A stretch of 63,877 nucleotides of DNA, the filler included, from Octopus bimaculoides (Eukaryota): the NCBI RefSeq assembly GCF_001194135.2. It is 5 parts of 5 records of this genome, joined end to end, with 100 filler letters (N's around TTAATTAATTAA, not from the genome) between each part and the next. Parts side by side here need not be neighbours in the genome. Positions count along the whole stretch, not along the records: positions 1 to 31,062 come from NC_068981.1; 4 more parts are not named here. The stretch is one strand, 5' to 3'. A program made the translations under genes and the position numbers. Below are positions 13,282 to 25,400 of this stretch, in pieces (position 1 is the stretch's first letter; every line of letters begins with the position of its first letter). The notes under the pieces were generated by a model, which was not told the DNA's origin, did not search any database, and saw only the letters and a list, made by a program, of their open reading frames with translations.

Positions 13282-13600
13282 TATAACCTTCGAGCAGATA
13301 GTCAGCAGCGCCGCCTGGCTATGGCTTGGCTGCTCTGCATTGACAAGGGGCAACACCCTGAAACTAGTCTGCAGATGCCAAACCAGCAGGGGGACACTGC
13401 TGACCTCCCCTGTTCGAGGGTTATAAAGGACACAGGTTTCGTGTGTCACATAGCTAGCTAGAGGCGATGGCTTCTTGGAGCTAATTCACGGCAGCTTTCG
13501 TCCTAATTTTGGGACTGCCATGTTGGCTTGGCGATAACTATTAATTTCCAGTACCGCTGCCGTAGTCTCCTTTAGAGAGACTTAGAAATATTAATAACTC
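13282..13600 (+). mobile_element. Retrozyme-like, hammerhead-containing, highly structured non-coding element (~320 nt)
   Basis: GC-richer island between (TA)n and (CT)n. Nested helices 13282-13297/13410-13425, 13301-13308/13397-13404, 13326-13330/13377-13381 and 13334-13339/13370-13375 close on an HHR core. A second domain pairs 13488-13495/13556-13563. Confidence 0.6.
13326..13381 (+). ncRNA. Type I hammerhead ribozyme with a U3-A8 core variant
   Basis: tctgca-TTGACAA-gggg[caaca]ccct-GAAA-c[ta]g-TC|tgcaga. Helix I is 6 bp plus a distal 5 bp, helix II is 4 bp, helix III is the palindrome ACTAGT, and the GUC cleavage site follows nt 13369. Confidence 0.8.
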
Positions 13601-14757
13601 TCTCTCTCTCTCTCTCTCTCTCNNNNNNNNNNNNNNNNNNNNNNNNNNNNNNNNNNNNNNNNNNNNNNNNNNNNNNNNNNNNNNNNNNNNNNNNNNNNNN
13701 NNNNNNNNNNNNNNNNNNNNNNNNNNNNNNNNNNNNNNNNNNNNNNNNNNNNNNNNNNNNNNNNNNNNNNNNNNNNNNNNNNNNNNNNNNNNNNNNNNNN
13801 NNNNNNNNNNNNNNNNNNNNNNNNNNNNNNNNNNNNNNNNNNNNNNNNNNNNNNNNNNNNNNNNNNNNNNNNNNNNNNNNNNNNNNNNNNNNNNNNNNNN
13901 NNNNNNNNNNNNNNNNNNNNNNNNNNNNNNNNNNNNNNNNNNNNNNNNNNNNNNNNNNNNNNNNNNNNNNNNNNNNNNNNNNNNNNNNNNNNNNNNNNNN
14001 NNNNNNNNNNNNNNNNNNNNNNNNNNNNNNNNNNNNNNNNNNNNNNNNNNNNNNNNNNNNNNNNNNNNNNNNNNNNNNNNNNNNNNNNNNNNNNNNNNNN
14101 NNNNNNNNNNNNNNNNNNNNNNNNNNNNNNNNNNNNNNNNNNNNNNNNNNNNNNNNNNNNNNNNNNNNNNNNNNNNNNNNNNNNNNNNNNNNNNNNNNNN
14201 NNNNNNNNNNNNNNNNNNNNNNNNNNNNNNNNNNNNNNNNNNNNNNNNNNNNNNNNNNNNNNNNNNNNNNNNNNNNNNNNNNNNNNNNNNNNNNNNNNNN
14301 NNNNNNNNNNNNNNNNNNNNNNNNNNNNNNNNNNNNNNNNNNATATATATAGGTGTGTGTGTGTGTGTATAGATATATAAACACATACACACAAGCACGT
14401 TTTGTACCAGCCATCTGACGTATAACCACGATTCAAGTAATTCAGATTCTGTATAATACAGTTTCATGAAGATGATCGACTTTTCGATTGGGTGCTTGTT
14501 TAATGAGGCTGATCCTGGTCGGTCACAGAAATGTCGGGAAAGTAGGTTTTATATGTCTAGACACTGTTGTGTTCTTGTTTCATAATTGATTATTAAGCTT
14601 CAACACAGACAATATACAGAGCGATTCCACGAATGCTTATGCATACGTAAACACATATATGTGAATATAGATATACATATACATACATTCATACATGTAT
14701 GTATGTATGTATGTATGTATGTATGCACGTATGTATGCATGTATATATATATGCAAG

Positions 14758-14809
<52 letters not shown>

Positions 14810-15131
14810 NNNNNNNNNNNNNNNNNNNNNNNNNNNNNNNNNNNNNNNNNNNNNNNNNNNNNNNNNNNNNNNNNNNNNNNNNNNNNNNNNNNNNNNNNNN
14901 NNNNNNNNNNNNNNNNNNNNNNNNNNNNNNNNNNNNNNNNNNNNNNNNNNNNNNNNNNNNNNNNNNNNNNNNNNNNNNNNNNNNNNNNNNNNNNNNNNNN
15001 NNNNNNNNNNNNNNNNNNNNNNNNNNNNNNNNNNNNNNNNNNNNNNNNNNNNNNNNNNNNNNNATATATATACATATATATATATTCATATATACATATA
15101 TATACATTTATACATATACATACATACATAC

Positions 15132-15168
<37 letters not shown>

Positions 15169-16858
15169 ATTATGCCTACATATACAGCATATCTCTGTGT
15201 GTGCGTGCGTGTTTGGTGTCGTACACATTACTTTTACATTTATTTCTACATAAATTTGCATATAAATACGTGGATATATTCATAAAAATCTTCATTCATA
15301 CGCGAAGTTAAATTTATGTATAGAGACTGATATTTCATCCGCAATAGGTTTGTATAAACCTATCATGTATATGTGTGTGTGTGTATGTGTTGTGTGTGCG
15401 TATTTGTGTGCATGTCCATGTGTGTGTGTGTGTGTGTCTTTGTGACTGTGTGCGTATTCGTATTTACCTGACGGTTCCCATTTAATGAGGTATATTACAT
15501 ATTCAGACAAATCACACACACATACTATGGTGTACTTTAGAATATATCAAACATTATTTCTACATATATATTACATTGTATTATAGCATCTAATCTAAAG
15601 GTTATGGTCGCAACATCTACTTGGAAACGTATATACATATACTGCAATCTGAAACGAAATGATTAAGTGCTTGGCAATATATCTCGCTATTTTTCCTTGT
15701 CATTGTAAAGGAGTAGTTAAGAATGCATGTTTTCGTCTCATTAAGAATTGTAATTTTCCAGGAGAGCAGCATCTACGAAACGTGTAACACAAACATATCT
15801 CAGTTAATCAGATAGACTCATAGTTACACATATTTGTTCACATATTGCATTTTTGGATAATTACAATAACTGTATTTCTTTTTAGTATTTGCTCTACCAG
15901 ACTCTTGATGTGAACTCGTGTGTTGAAACATATTTCGTTGTATCTCGAGAGGATTCTTATGCCAATGATAAACACATTCACTTCACATCAAAAACCATGT
16001 GAACCAAATACAAAAATGAAATGTTCTAAGCTATTGATTGCAAAACACTGTTTTGCTGTCTCAACAGAAGTACGTGACAGCTTCATTTCAAATATAAAGG
16101 CTTCAACTTCACATTTTTTTCACCAAATCCATCAATTCGGCAGTAAGATAACCAGCCAGCGCGTGTGTTTATTATTGGCACAGTGGACAATCCGAGATAC
16201 CACAGTTACTGACGATCTACTAGACACAGTAGTAGGTTCGGTATCCATACTCACTGTATGTCCTTGCAAAGTGGGAATTGTTATAATCCCGTGTGCTGTA
16301 ATTTTATAAGGGAAGTGGCATCTCTCATTAGCAAGATTTCCAGCAAGCCGACGGTAAACGGGCCCTTCAAAAGCTGACGCAATTGCTTTTGAGCTCTGAA
16401 GGCTCGAGCAACTGAAATGAAGCAACTTCCCAGGACGCAACTCGGCGCCCCATCCAGGAATCGAACCATGAACATACACTTGTGAGCGTGACTGCCTATA
16501 GTAAAGTGACATTCCTACTGAGACCGGAAATATCGACAGATAAATGTGTATAGAAAAAAAACTGGCCCCTCTCTATATGAGGTTGTGTTTCAAATGCTGG
16601 CAATGCAGTGATCTTCGCTAATCGAAACATACGACTTCAATGGCATTGGCTATTTCGTAATGTTAAGTGGCGTATAAGATAAAATCGTATGTTGTTAGAA
16701 GAAATTTGCGATCATTAGATTAAAAGGCCCGGCTCCAGTTTTCTGTTTTACTTCTCGTAATGTCTCAAGGGGTTACACTATTATAGAGATTCCACCAAAA
16801 TATGATCAAATTTATTTGGAACTTCTCTCCCTCTTTCTCTTTCACACACACACACGCA

Positions 16859-16894
<36 letters not shown>

Positions 16895-17329
16895 NNNNNN
16901 NNNNNNNNNNNNNNNNNNNNNNNNNNNNNNNNNNNNNNNNNNNNNNNNNNNNNNNNNNNNNNNNNNNNNNNNNNNNNNNNNNNNNNNNNNNNNNNNNNNN
17001 NNNNNNNNNNNNNNNNNNNNNNNNNNNNNNNNNNNNNNNNNNNNNNNNNNNNNNNNNNNNNNNNNNNNNNNNNNNNNNNNNNNNNNNNNNNNNNNNNNNN
17101 NNNNNNNNNNNNNNNNNNNNNNNNNNNNNNNNNNNNNNNNNNNNNNNNNNNNNNNNNNNNNNNNNNNNNNNNNNNNNNNNNNNNNNNNNNNNNNNNNNNN
17201 NNNNNNNNNNNNNNNNNNNNNNNNNNNNNNNNNNNNNNNNNNNNNNNNNNNNNNNNNNNNNNNNNNNNNNNNNNNNNNNNNNNNNNNNNNNNNNNNNNNN
17301 NNNNNNNNNNNNNNNNNNNNNNNNNNNNN

Positions 17330-17362
<33 letters not shown>

Positions 17363-17566
17363 TATGTATGTATATATGTACGTGTCTATGAGCAACATGC
17401 CCACCTGTTCCTATATGTCTACAGACTGGACACTTAAATATTCTGTGTGCGTGTGTGTGCATTTGCATTTATATGCGTTTATATGTATGGAGTATGCATA
17501 TACGCCTGTTTTTACACACATACATACATACATGCATACATACATACATATATACATACATATCGT

Positions 17567-17935
17567 GGCATTCCGTCGATTACGACGACGAGGATTCCAG
17601 TTGACCCGATCAACGGAACAGCCTGCTCGTGAAATTAACATGCAAGTGGCTGAGCACTCCACAGACACGGTTATTCCTAATGTTGTTCTGGGGGGGGGGG
17701 AGATTCAGCGCAACTCAGGATTGTGAAGAGTCTGGCCCTTGAAATACACGTATAGCAGAAACAAGAGGAAGGGGTGAGAGAAAGTTGTGGTGAAAGTGTA
17801 CAGCAGGACTCGCCACCACCCCTGCAGGAGTCTCGTGGAACTTTAGGGTTTTTTTCTCGCTCAATAAACACTCACAACGCCCGGTCTGCGAATCGAAACC
17901 GCGGTCCTATGACCACTAGGCCATTGCGCCTCCAC
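17567..17935 (-). mobile_element. SINE family C, near full length
   Basis: tRNA-like head (gcgaatcgaaacc on the plus strand is a reversed B box) and the tail shared with 10712-11008. Confidence 0.75.
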
Positions 17936-18027
17936 ACAAACACACACACACGCACTCAAACACATGTATGTATATANNNNNNNNNNNNNNNNNNNNNNNN
18001 NNNNNNNNNNNNNNNNNNNNNNNNNNN

Positions 18028-18086
<59 letters not shown>

Positions 18087-18861
18087 TATATATATATATA
18101 TAGACAGATACATGTATGTATACACACAAACATACACACATATACACACACACACAGAGTATATATGTGTGTGTGTGTGAATATATTTGAGTAGTGTTAA
18201 TAAGTGTGTATATCTGTATGTGGGTGTACATTTATAAGTGTTTATGTATGTATATGTCTGGGTAGGTCTGCTTGTGAATATGCTCTTTCGTGTGGTATCA
18301 TGGACTTCACCCACCCACGCATATTCAACAGACTACACTTTTAGTAACTGGTTTTCCTTGCATTTCGTGTTGTTTCGTTATGGTGTCTCATACTAATTTC
18401 TCGGACGTGCCTTTCGTCGTTTTGTTTAAGTTTGGTGTTTTTTAATCAATGTTTACGTCTCAACAAATCTCATTCTGCTTTACATGTATCTCCAATCTCC
18501 TATGTCTATTTCATTGTTGTTTAGCACCGACATAAAAGAAAATTTTTTTCCAGAATTTGTTCCGATCGATTATTAATTTTGTAGTCATATTTGGACAATA
18601 GCCGGAGGTTGGTAATCAAACATTTGCTGTTTGTAATCTGAGTAACGTTTCTGGAAACTTGGGCATAAAAAACCCCAGCTGAATAGCTACCAAAATCAAC
18701 CGAGGGGCTACAGAGAAAGCTTCTCGATAGCTTTGTTTGGCAGGTGATGAATAGTGATGTCAGTGATAATACAGTTTGAACACAGGTTTGTGCCTGATCA
18801 ACCTAAGTCGGGTTGAAAGTGTATGCTGCCAGACCAGAAATACCCAGAGATCCCAGGATAC

Positions 18862-18924
18862 AACGCTGATGATGTGTCCACGTATTGCACCTGTGGATGT
18901 ATATTGAACGAAAGGACATTCGAT
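18862..18924 (+). ncRNA. Degenerate hammerhead-like motif in a probable Penelope-like 3' end
   Basis: aacg-CTGATGA-tgtgtccac[11]gtggatgta-tattgaac-GAAA-ggacatt-cgat. Upstream FLETWA*KPQLN resembles a GIY-YIG terminus. Confidence 0.3.
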
Positions 18925-18974
18925 TTTTGCTATATTTATATCACAAGAATCTCGGAAAATGCAGAAACAACAAC

Positions 18975-19199
18975 AAACACTTATCTTCTATCGAAGACTG
19001 TCTTCAGTCATTGGAGTGCAGCCATGCTGAGGCACGACTTGTAGGGTTTAGTAGAGTAAATTGATCCCGCTGCTTATTTTTTTTAACGCATCGTGTTTAC
19101 ACTAGCGGGTTTCTTTTGCCGAACCGCTAAAATCGGTTATGAGACACACACACAAATACACACACACGCACACACTCTCCCCACGCGCTCTCTCTCTCT

Positions 19200-19264
<65 letters not shown>

Positions 19265-19445
19265 GCAAAGGCATATATTATGGGATTCTACATAGTTTCC
19301 GTCCGTCAAATTCACTCAAATACATTAAAAGGCATTAATGGTTCCCGCTGCTGTAGAAGATGATAATTGTCAAAGGTGCCGCAGAGTAGGACTGGATCAG
19401 AATGGACTTAGTTGCGAAGCAAACTTCTTAAGGTGACGTCCACGC
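18975..19445 (-). mobile_element. SINE family B, old copy with an internal (CT)n/(CA)n
   Basis: Reverse tail (cagtcattggagtgcagccatgctg, ttttgccgaaccgcta) and reverse head (gtttccgtccgtcaaattcact, aaggtgccgc). Confidence 0.7.
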
Positions 19446-19525
19446 CTGACTCTCGCCGTGGTTCTGTGGTAAGACGCTCGTTTCCGAGCATAGTGTGTAG
19501 TCTTGGTTTTGGTTTCTTTTTGCGG

Positions 19526-20304
19526 TACAGTAATCCCACAACTATCGCGGGTGTTACGTTCTACTGCGTCCTACGGTACGTGAAAATCCGTGAAATAGAA
19601 ACAGTACTGTATATATCTGTTTAACCTTTATAATTTGTATTGTAGTTGGAATATATGGTCAGTACAAGGTGTTGATGTGGCTGCGTGTATGCTATTACAA
19701 CAGTTCGTAAAGAGATGAAGAATAAATTCAAGACCTATATATTTACTACATAAAAATATAGTCGATGATGATACATAGAATCAAAATGTAGAATCTAGTT
19801 GAATGAAATAATCTATGCAAGAAAGTTCAGAGATAGAAGATGTAGAAATAACAGCTAAGTGGTGGTTTTCAGTCATGTGGCGTAGAGAAATAGACGAACA
19901 TAGCAATGACATGAATGGCTCTAAGTCTAATCGACTAAGAAGTGAAGAGCAGGGTTAGCAAGCTATTTTTATTAATGGAACGCTAGACATTCTAGAAACT
20001 TCCAAAGGAAACGCTAAGCTTCTTGAATAACTAAGAATCACGTCTCATGACACAGATGCTTCGGGAAACTTAGAAAAGGGAGGTCACTCTATAATCTTTC
20101 TTGCAAGGGAGATCATTCACCTATTTAGATACCGCTACAGTATATATTTATTTTATTATAAATGCAAAGCAACATGACGGAGGAATTGACATAAGCTTAA
20201 ATAATAAACTACGATAGGTGAACCGCAATAGGTGAACCGGGATAGGTGAACCAGGATAGGTGAACCGCGATAGGTGAACTGTGATATGGTTAGGGATTGC
20301 TGCA
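19526..20304 (+). mobile_element. Tigger/pogo-like non-autonomous DNA transposon
   Basis: Left end TA-cagtaatccc, right end gggattgctg-CA (inverted match, TSD decayed), with subterminal cgcgataggtgaac motifs. Confidence 0.65.
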
Positions 20305-21285
20305 CTTTGGCGAGTGTCTTCTAATAATACACCAGCGACTAAAGTCTTGTTAGTATATTTAGTGGAGGAAACCGAAAGAAGCCTGTCGTTTATGATGTAT
20401 ATATTTGTGTGGGTCTGTGTGTCCATGTTTGCGTTTGTCCCTCACAACAGCTTGACAACCCATCTTGGTATGCTTACGTACACGTAACTTAGCTGTTCGG
20501 CAAAACGTGTGAAGCAGAAAAAGTACCAGGCGTGGGTGTGTTGAAGTGCAGGCGTGGAATGTAGAGGCGCAGGCGTGGCTGTGTGTGTGTGTACGTGTGT
20601 ATGTGTGTGTCTTTATGTCTGTGTTTCACCCCCAACAATCACCACTTGACAACCGGTGCTGGAGTGTTTATGTTCACGTAAATTAGCGGTTCCCTGCCCC
20701 CAAACCGATAGACTAAATACTTGGCTTGAAAAAATATGTTCTGGGGTCTATTCGTTTGATTAAAACAATTCAACGCGGTGTTCAAGCATGGCCGCAGTCA
20801 AATGACTGAAAGAAATACAAGAATAAAAGTATATATATATATATACATAAATACATACATACATATATATATATATATGGAGTGGCTGTGTGGTAAGTAC
20901 CTTGCTTACCAACCACATGGTTCTGGGTTCATTCCCACTGCGTGGCACCTTGGGCAAGTGTCTTCTACTATAGCCTCGGGCCGACCAAAGCCTTGTGAGT
21001 GGATTTGGTAGACGGAAACTGAAAGAAGCCCTTCGTATATATGTATATATATATATATGTATGTCTGTGTATATGTTTGTATGTCTGTGTTTGTCCCCCC
21101 CAACATCACTTGACAGCCGATGTTGGTGTGTTTACGCCCCTGTAACTTAGCGGTTCGGCAAAAGAGAGCGATAAAATAAGTATTAGGTTTCCAAAGAATA
21201 AGTCCTGGGGTCGCTTTCATCGACTAAAGGCGGTGCTCCAGCATGGCCGCAGTCAAATGACTGAAACAGGTAAAAGAGTAAAAGA

Positions 21286-21287
<2 letters not shown>
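20305..21287 (+). mobile_element. Head-to-tail cluster of three SINE family B copies (youngest 20879-21287)
   Basis: Head ggagtggctgtgtggtaag, B box gggttcattccc, CORE-like gcgtggcaccttgggcaagtgtc, tail ggcggtgctccagcatggccgcagtcaaatgactgaaac. Confidence 0.85.
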
Positions 21288-21319
<32 letters not shown>

Positions 21320-21654
21320 NNNNNNNNNNNNNNNNNNNNNNNNNNNNNNNNNNNNNNNNNNNNNNNNNNNNNNNNNNNNNNNNNNNNNNNNNNNNNNNNN
21401 NNNNNNNNNNNNNNNNNNNNNNNNNNNNNNNNNNNNNNNNNNNNNNNNNNNNNNNNNNNNNNNNNNNNNNNNNNNNNNNNNNNNNNNNNNNNNNNNNNNN
21501 NNNNNNNNNNNNNNNNNNNNNNNNNNNNNNNNNNNNNNNNNNNNNNNNNNNNNNNNNNNNNNNNNNNNNNNNNNNNNNNNNNNNNNNNNNNNNNNNNNNN
21601 NNNNNNNNNNNNNNNNNNNNNNNNNNNNNNNNNNNNNNNNNNNNNNNNNNNNNN

Positions 21655-21702
<48 letters not shown>

Positions 21703-22340
21703 GCACGCGCATATAAACAGTCTACTATAATTTTAGTTATAAGGATAGCTGAAATAGTTTATCTCCTATGCAAAGAAAAAAATATATATGTTGTATACAG
21801 CTTTTCAATTATGGTGGTGACAAAAAATTATTTTGTTATAAAAAGCCGGAAGAACAGACTCACACGTCAGAGACATTTGTTATTTATGTAACATAAACTA
21901 TAGACATATTATATATATATATATATATATACGTATATATTATATACAGATGTTTATACATATACGCTGTCACTATACACATTTGAAACCGCATTAGATT
22001 AAAATAATGACATGTAGAACATTAAAAAACAAACAGCAGAAATTAATACACCTAGCTTTGTACTATGAGTGTAGATTCTAAATAATATATATATATATAT
22101 ATATATCAGTGCTGTGTGTGTGTGTGTGTGGTGCATGTTGGTCTGGTGCATGGGCATGTATGTATATTTAAATGTGAGAATGTATACACGTAATTGCGCG
22201 CACACACACACATATATATGTGTGTGTGTGTAGTTTACATATATTTGTAGTTTACATATATTTGTATAGTTATAAATATACATGCATGGATAGATAAATA
22301 TATACGTGTGTCAATTTGCGGGCGTGTTTGTATGTTTGTT

Positions 22341-22442
<102 letters not shown>

Positions 22443-22992
22443 TGTTTGTGTGTGTATGTGGGTGTGTGTATTTCTGTCTCCCTGTTCTTCGTACGTATAG
22501 TTCGTTGCAACATATCCAACATCAATTTTAAATATAAACATATAAATGTTATAATTTGATGTGGAAATGGATGTTCTGTCGAGCACTCTTATATTCACTT
22601 CTTTTTCTTTTTTTTTTCTTTTTTGTTACACTTTCCAAGTTAATAGTCAACTCCACAGGAAAGTACGAATTCAGTTATACGTAGATAATAAATCGCTGAT
22701 TTACTGCCTTTGTATTCTTTATAGGAGAAAGCTATTAAAAATTATGCTATCTATTTACAAATAAGGCAAGAATTTTTTTTTACCAATTATATAAAGTTTA
22801 ACTAGTGATAAAATCACAACAAATACGTAAACACACAACGTATATAAGAATGTGTGTGTGTATGTGTGTATTGATATATATTGTGTGTGTGTATATATTG
22901 ATATTTATTGTGTGTGTGTGTGTGAATATTACTAATATTACTAGTAACTGGTAATCGTGACGATCGAAACATGAACCGGGCAGGCAAGGTTA

Positions 22993-23023
<31 letters not shown>

Positions 23024-23129
23024 TCTTTTATCCTTTTATTTGTATCCGTCGTTTGACTGCGGCCATGCTGGAGTCAATCTGTTACTTATGCTAAAATAAA
23101 GATAGCAGTTACTTATATATAGCAGCGTT

Positions 23130-24290
23130 GTGACTGGGCGTTGAGGCGGTTGCTCGACAGCTTAAATGTGGAGTAATATACTTGCCCTTTGCAAAAGCAT
23201 ATGATTAATTTCATCATGGTATGATATGCCACAAACTGCGTGATCTTGACATAGCTGGAAAACCTGGAAAGTGGTTGCATGATTTTCTGAAAAAAAGAAT
23301 TCAGGCAGGGGTGCCACGTCAAAGGAAACACAGGTAATGAGTAGTGTTCTACAGGGTGCTGTCTTAGGACCTCTGTTTTTCATGTTGACCCTCTCAGATA
23401 TGCCCTCAGCTACCCGGATAGCCACCCTTCCTAGCTACGCAGACGACACAAGAGTCTTCTAGAAGATACAAAACAGTAGCAATGTTGCACGCCTGCAGCA
23501 GTAGTTGGATGCAATTTAGAGATGGGCTGAGGACAATAATATGCAGCTTAATGCTGGAAAATTCCGGACCTTGCGCTACTACCACCCGAAATTGAACACA
23601 AATATGCAGGGTACACTGGCCCAGTGGGGATTACAATCGCAGAACCTAATTCGGCGCGTGACCTGGGTAGCGACATGATTGGTGAGCACATTACCAAGAT
23701 GGCGACATTACCAAGATGGCGACATTACCAAGATGGCGACATTTCCAAGTGCACATTACCAAGATGGCGACAATCGTGAGTACCTTCAGAATCATAAAGA
23801 AGGAAACCATAATGGTCCTCCGGAGGACATTCGTCCTCAGCCAACTGCACTACAGCCCCCAACTATGGTCACTCCGCAGTGTGAAATTAACAGTGGACTT
23901 TCGAGTAATCCAGTGAAGCTACGCAAAGAAGATCGACTCATTGCAACAGTTCAGCTACTGAGAAAGACTGAAACAGCTAGGACTCCACTCCCTGGAACGA
24001 AGGCGGAAGTGATATGCTGTAACGTACAGCTGGAAGATCCTGGAAGGGATTGTGCCAAGTTTTGGCATAGAAAGCTACACTGGTGCCAGAGCGGTTGCCA
24101 TTGCACTGTGTCAGGGGTCCCAGCACTGCCGTTGCATTTCAGGACAAGTTGCAGAAGCTGCCTGACTTTCAAGGGCCTACAGAATTTTGATATTCTCTCG
24201 GAGGCCTGGGGGACCCTAAACAGGGTGGATGTGTGCGTTTTCAAAGCAGGACTGGATCACTTTCGCTCGGGGATCCCAGATGTACCTGCC
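23130..24290 (+). mobile_element. CR1/L2-type LINE reverse transcriptase fragment (pseudogene)
   Basis: VIYLPFAKAYD; VLQGAVLGPLFF; SYADDT; WAEDNNMQLNAGKF; C-terminus FKAGLDHFRSGIPDVP; multiple stops and frameshifts. Confidence 0.9.
23689..23772 (+). repeat. 17-bp tandem amplification (cattaccaagatggcga) x3 plus a fourth copy, inside the LINE
   Basis: Units start at 23689, 23706 and 23723; the fourth follows a short spacer. Confidence 0.9.
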
Positions 24291-24430
24291 TAGCGGTTCG
24301 GCAAAAGAAGCCGATAGAATAAGCACTAGGCTTCCAAAGAATAAGTCCTGGGGTAGATTTGTTCGACTAAAGGCGGTGCTCCAGCATGGCCGCAGTCAAA
24401 TAACTGAAAAAATAAAAGAATAAAAGAATA
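24291..24430 (+). mobile_element. SINE family B 3' half
   Basis: tagcggttcggcaaaag...ggcggtgctccagcatggccgcagtc. Confidence 0.85.
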
Positions 24431-24437
24431 CATGCAT

Positions 24438-24474
<37 letters not shown>

Positions 24475-24929
24475 NNNNNNNNNNNNNNNNNNNNNNNNNN
24501 NNNNNNNNNNNNNNNNNNNNNNNNNNNNNNNNNNNNNNNNNNNNNNNNNNNNNNNNNNNNNNNNNNNNNNNNNNNNNNNNNNNNNNNNNNNNNNNNNNNN
24601 NNNNNNNNNNNNNNNNNNNNNNNNNNNNNNNNNNNNNNNNNNNNNNNNNNNNNNNNNNNNNNNNNNNNNNNNNNNNNNNNNNNNNNNNNNNNNNNNNNNN
24701 TATATATATATATATATATATATACATACACACTCATGCAATAGATGTGAGTCTGTATGTGTGTGCGTTTGTGCGTGTGTGTATGATTTTCTTGCCATTG
24801 CAAAACCTCTTTTGGTTACAACATGCACTAAAATTTATTAGCTAAAACTTTTTTTATGCGGAAAACTATTTTTTATTTGATAAAATTTTTCTATGAGAAA
24901 AAGTTTTCAGCCATAGTTGTTATTATTAA

Positions 24930-24986
<57 letters not shown>

Positions 24987-25194
24987 CGTTATTATTATGT
25001 TTGCGTGTTTGTGTGTCTATAAAATTCTGCTTGTAAAGACATACACATATATATATAAACATATATTTTTGCAGTAAAACTGCTTTGTGTTGTAGTGAAA
25101 CACTATTCTCTATCTTCATTTTCATATGCATAGAAATGTAATGGAAATATTTACATCTTATTTGAAAAAAAATATATATATATATATGGGTGCA

Positions 25195-25400
25195 TCTATG
25201 TTTGCCCCAACACCATCACTCGACAACAGATGTTAGTGTGTTTGCGTCCCCATATTCTAGCGGTTCGGTAAACGAAGCCAATTGAATAAGCACTATGCTT
25301 GCAAAGTATAAGTCCTGGGGTCGATTTACTCGACTAAAGGCGGTGCTCCAGCATGGCTGCAGTCAAATGACTGAAACAAGTAAAAGAGTAAAAGAGTATT
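25195..25400 (+). mobile_element. SINE family B 3' half
   Basis: Same tail motifs as 21060-21287. Confidence 0.85.

Noticed and set aside
13383-13400. CTCF-like ccagcagggggacactgc (and cagcgccgcctgg at 13306-13318)
   Set aside because: Imperfect match with an extra base; both segments are explained as the paired arms of the RNA helix.
15755-15790. gagagcagcatctacgaaacgtgta, possible Penelope-type HHR remnant
   Set aside because: The core and helix I cannot be reconstructed.
15920-16309. 129-aa non-repetitive ORF
   Set aside because: No recognisable motif or convincing splice context, and the overlapping frames on both strands are uninformative.
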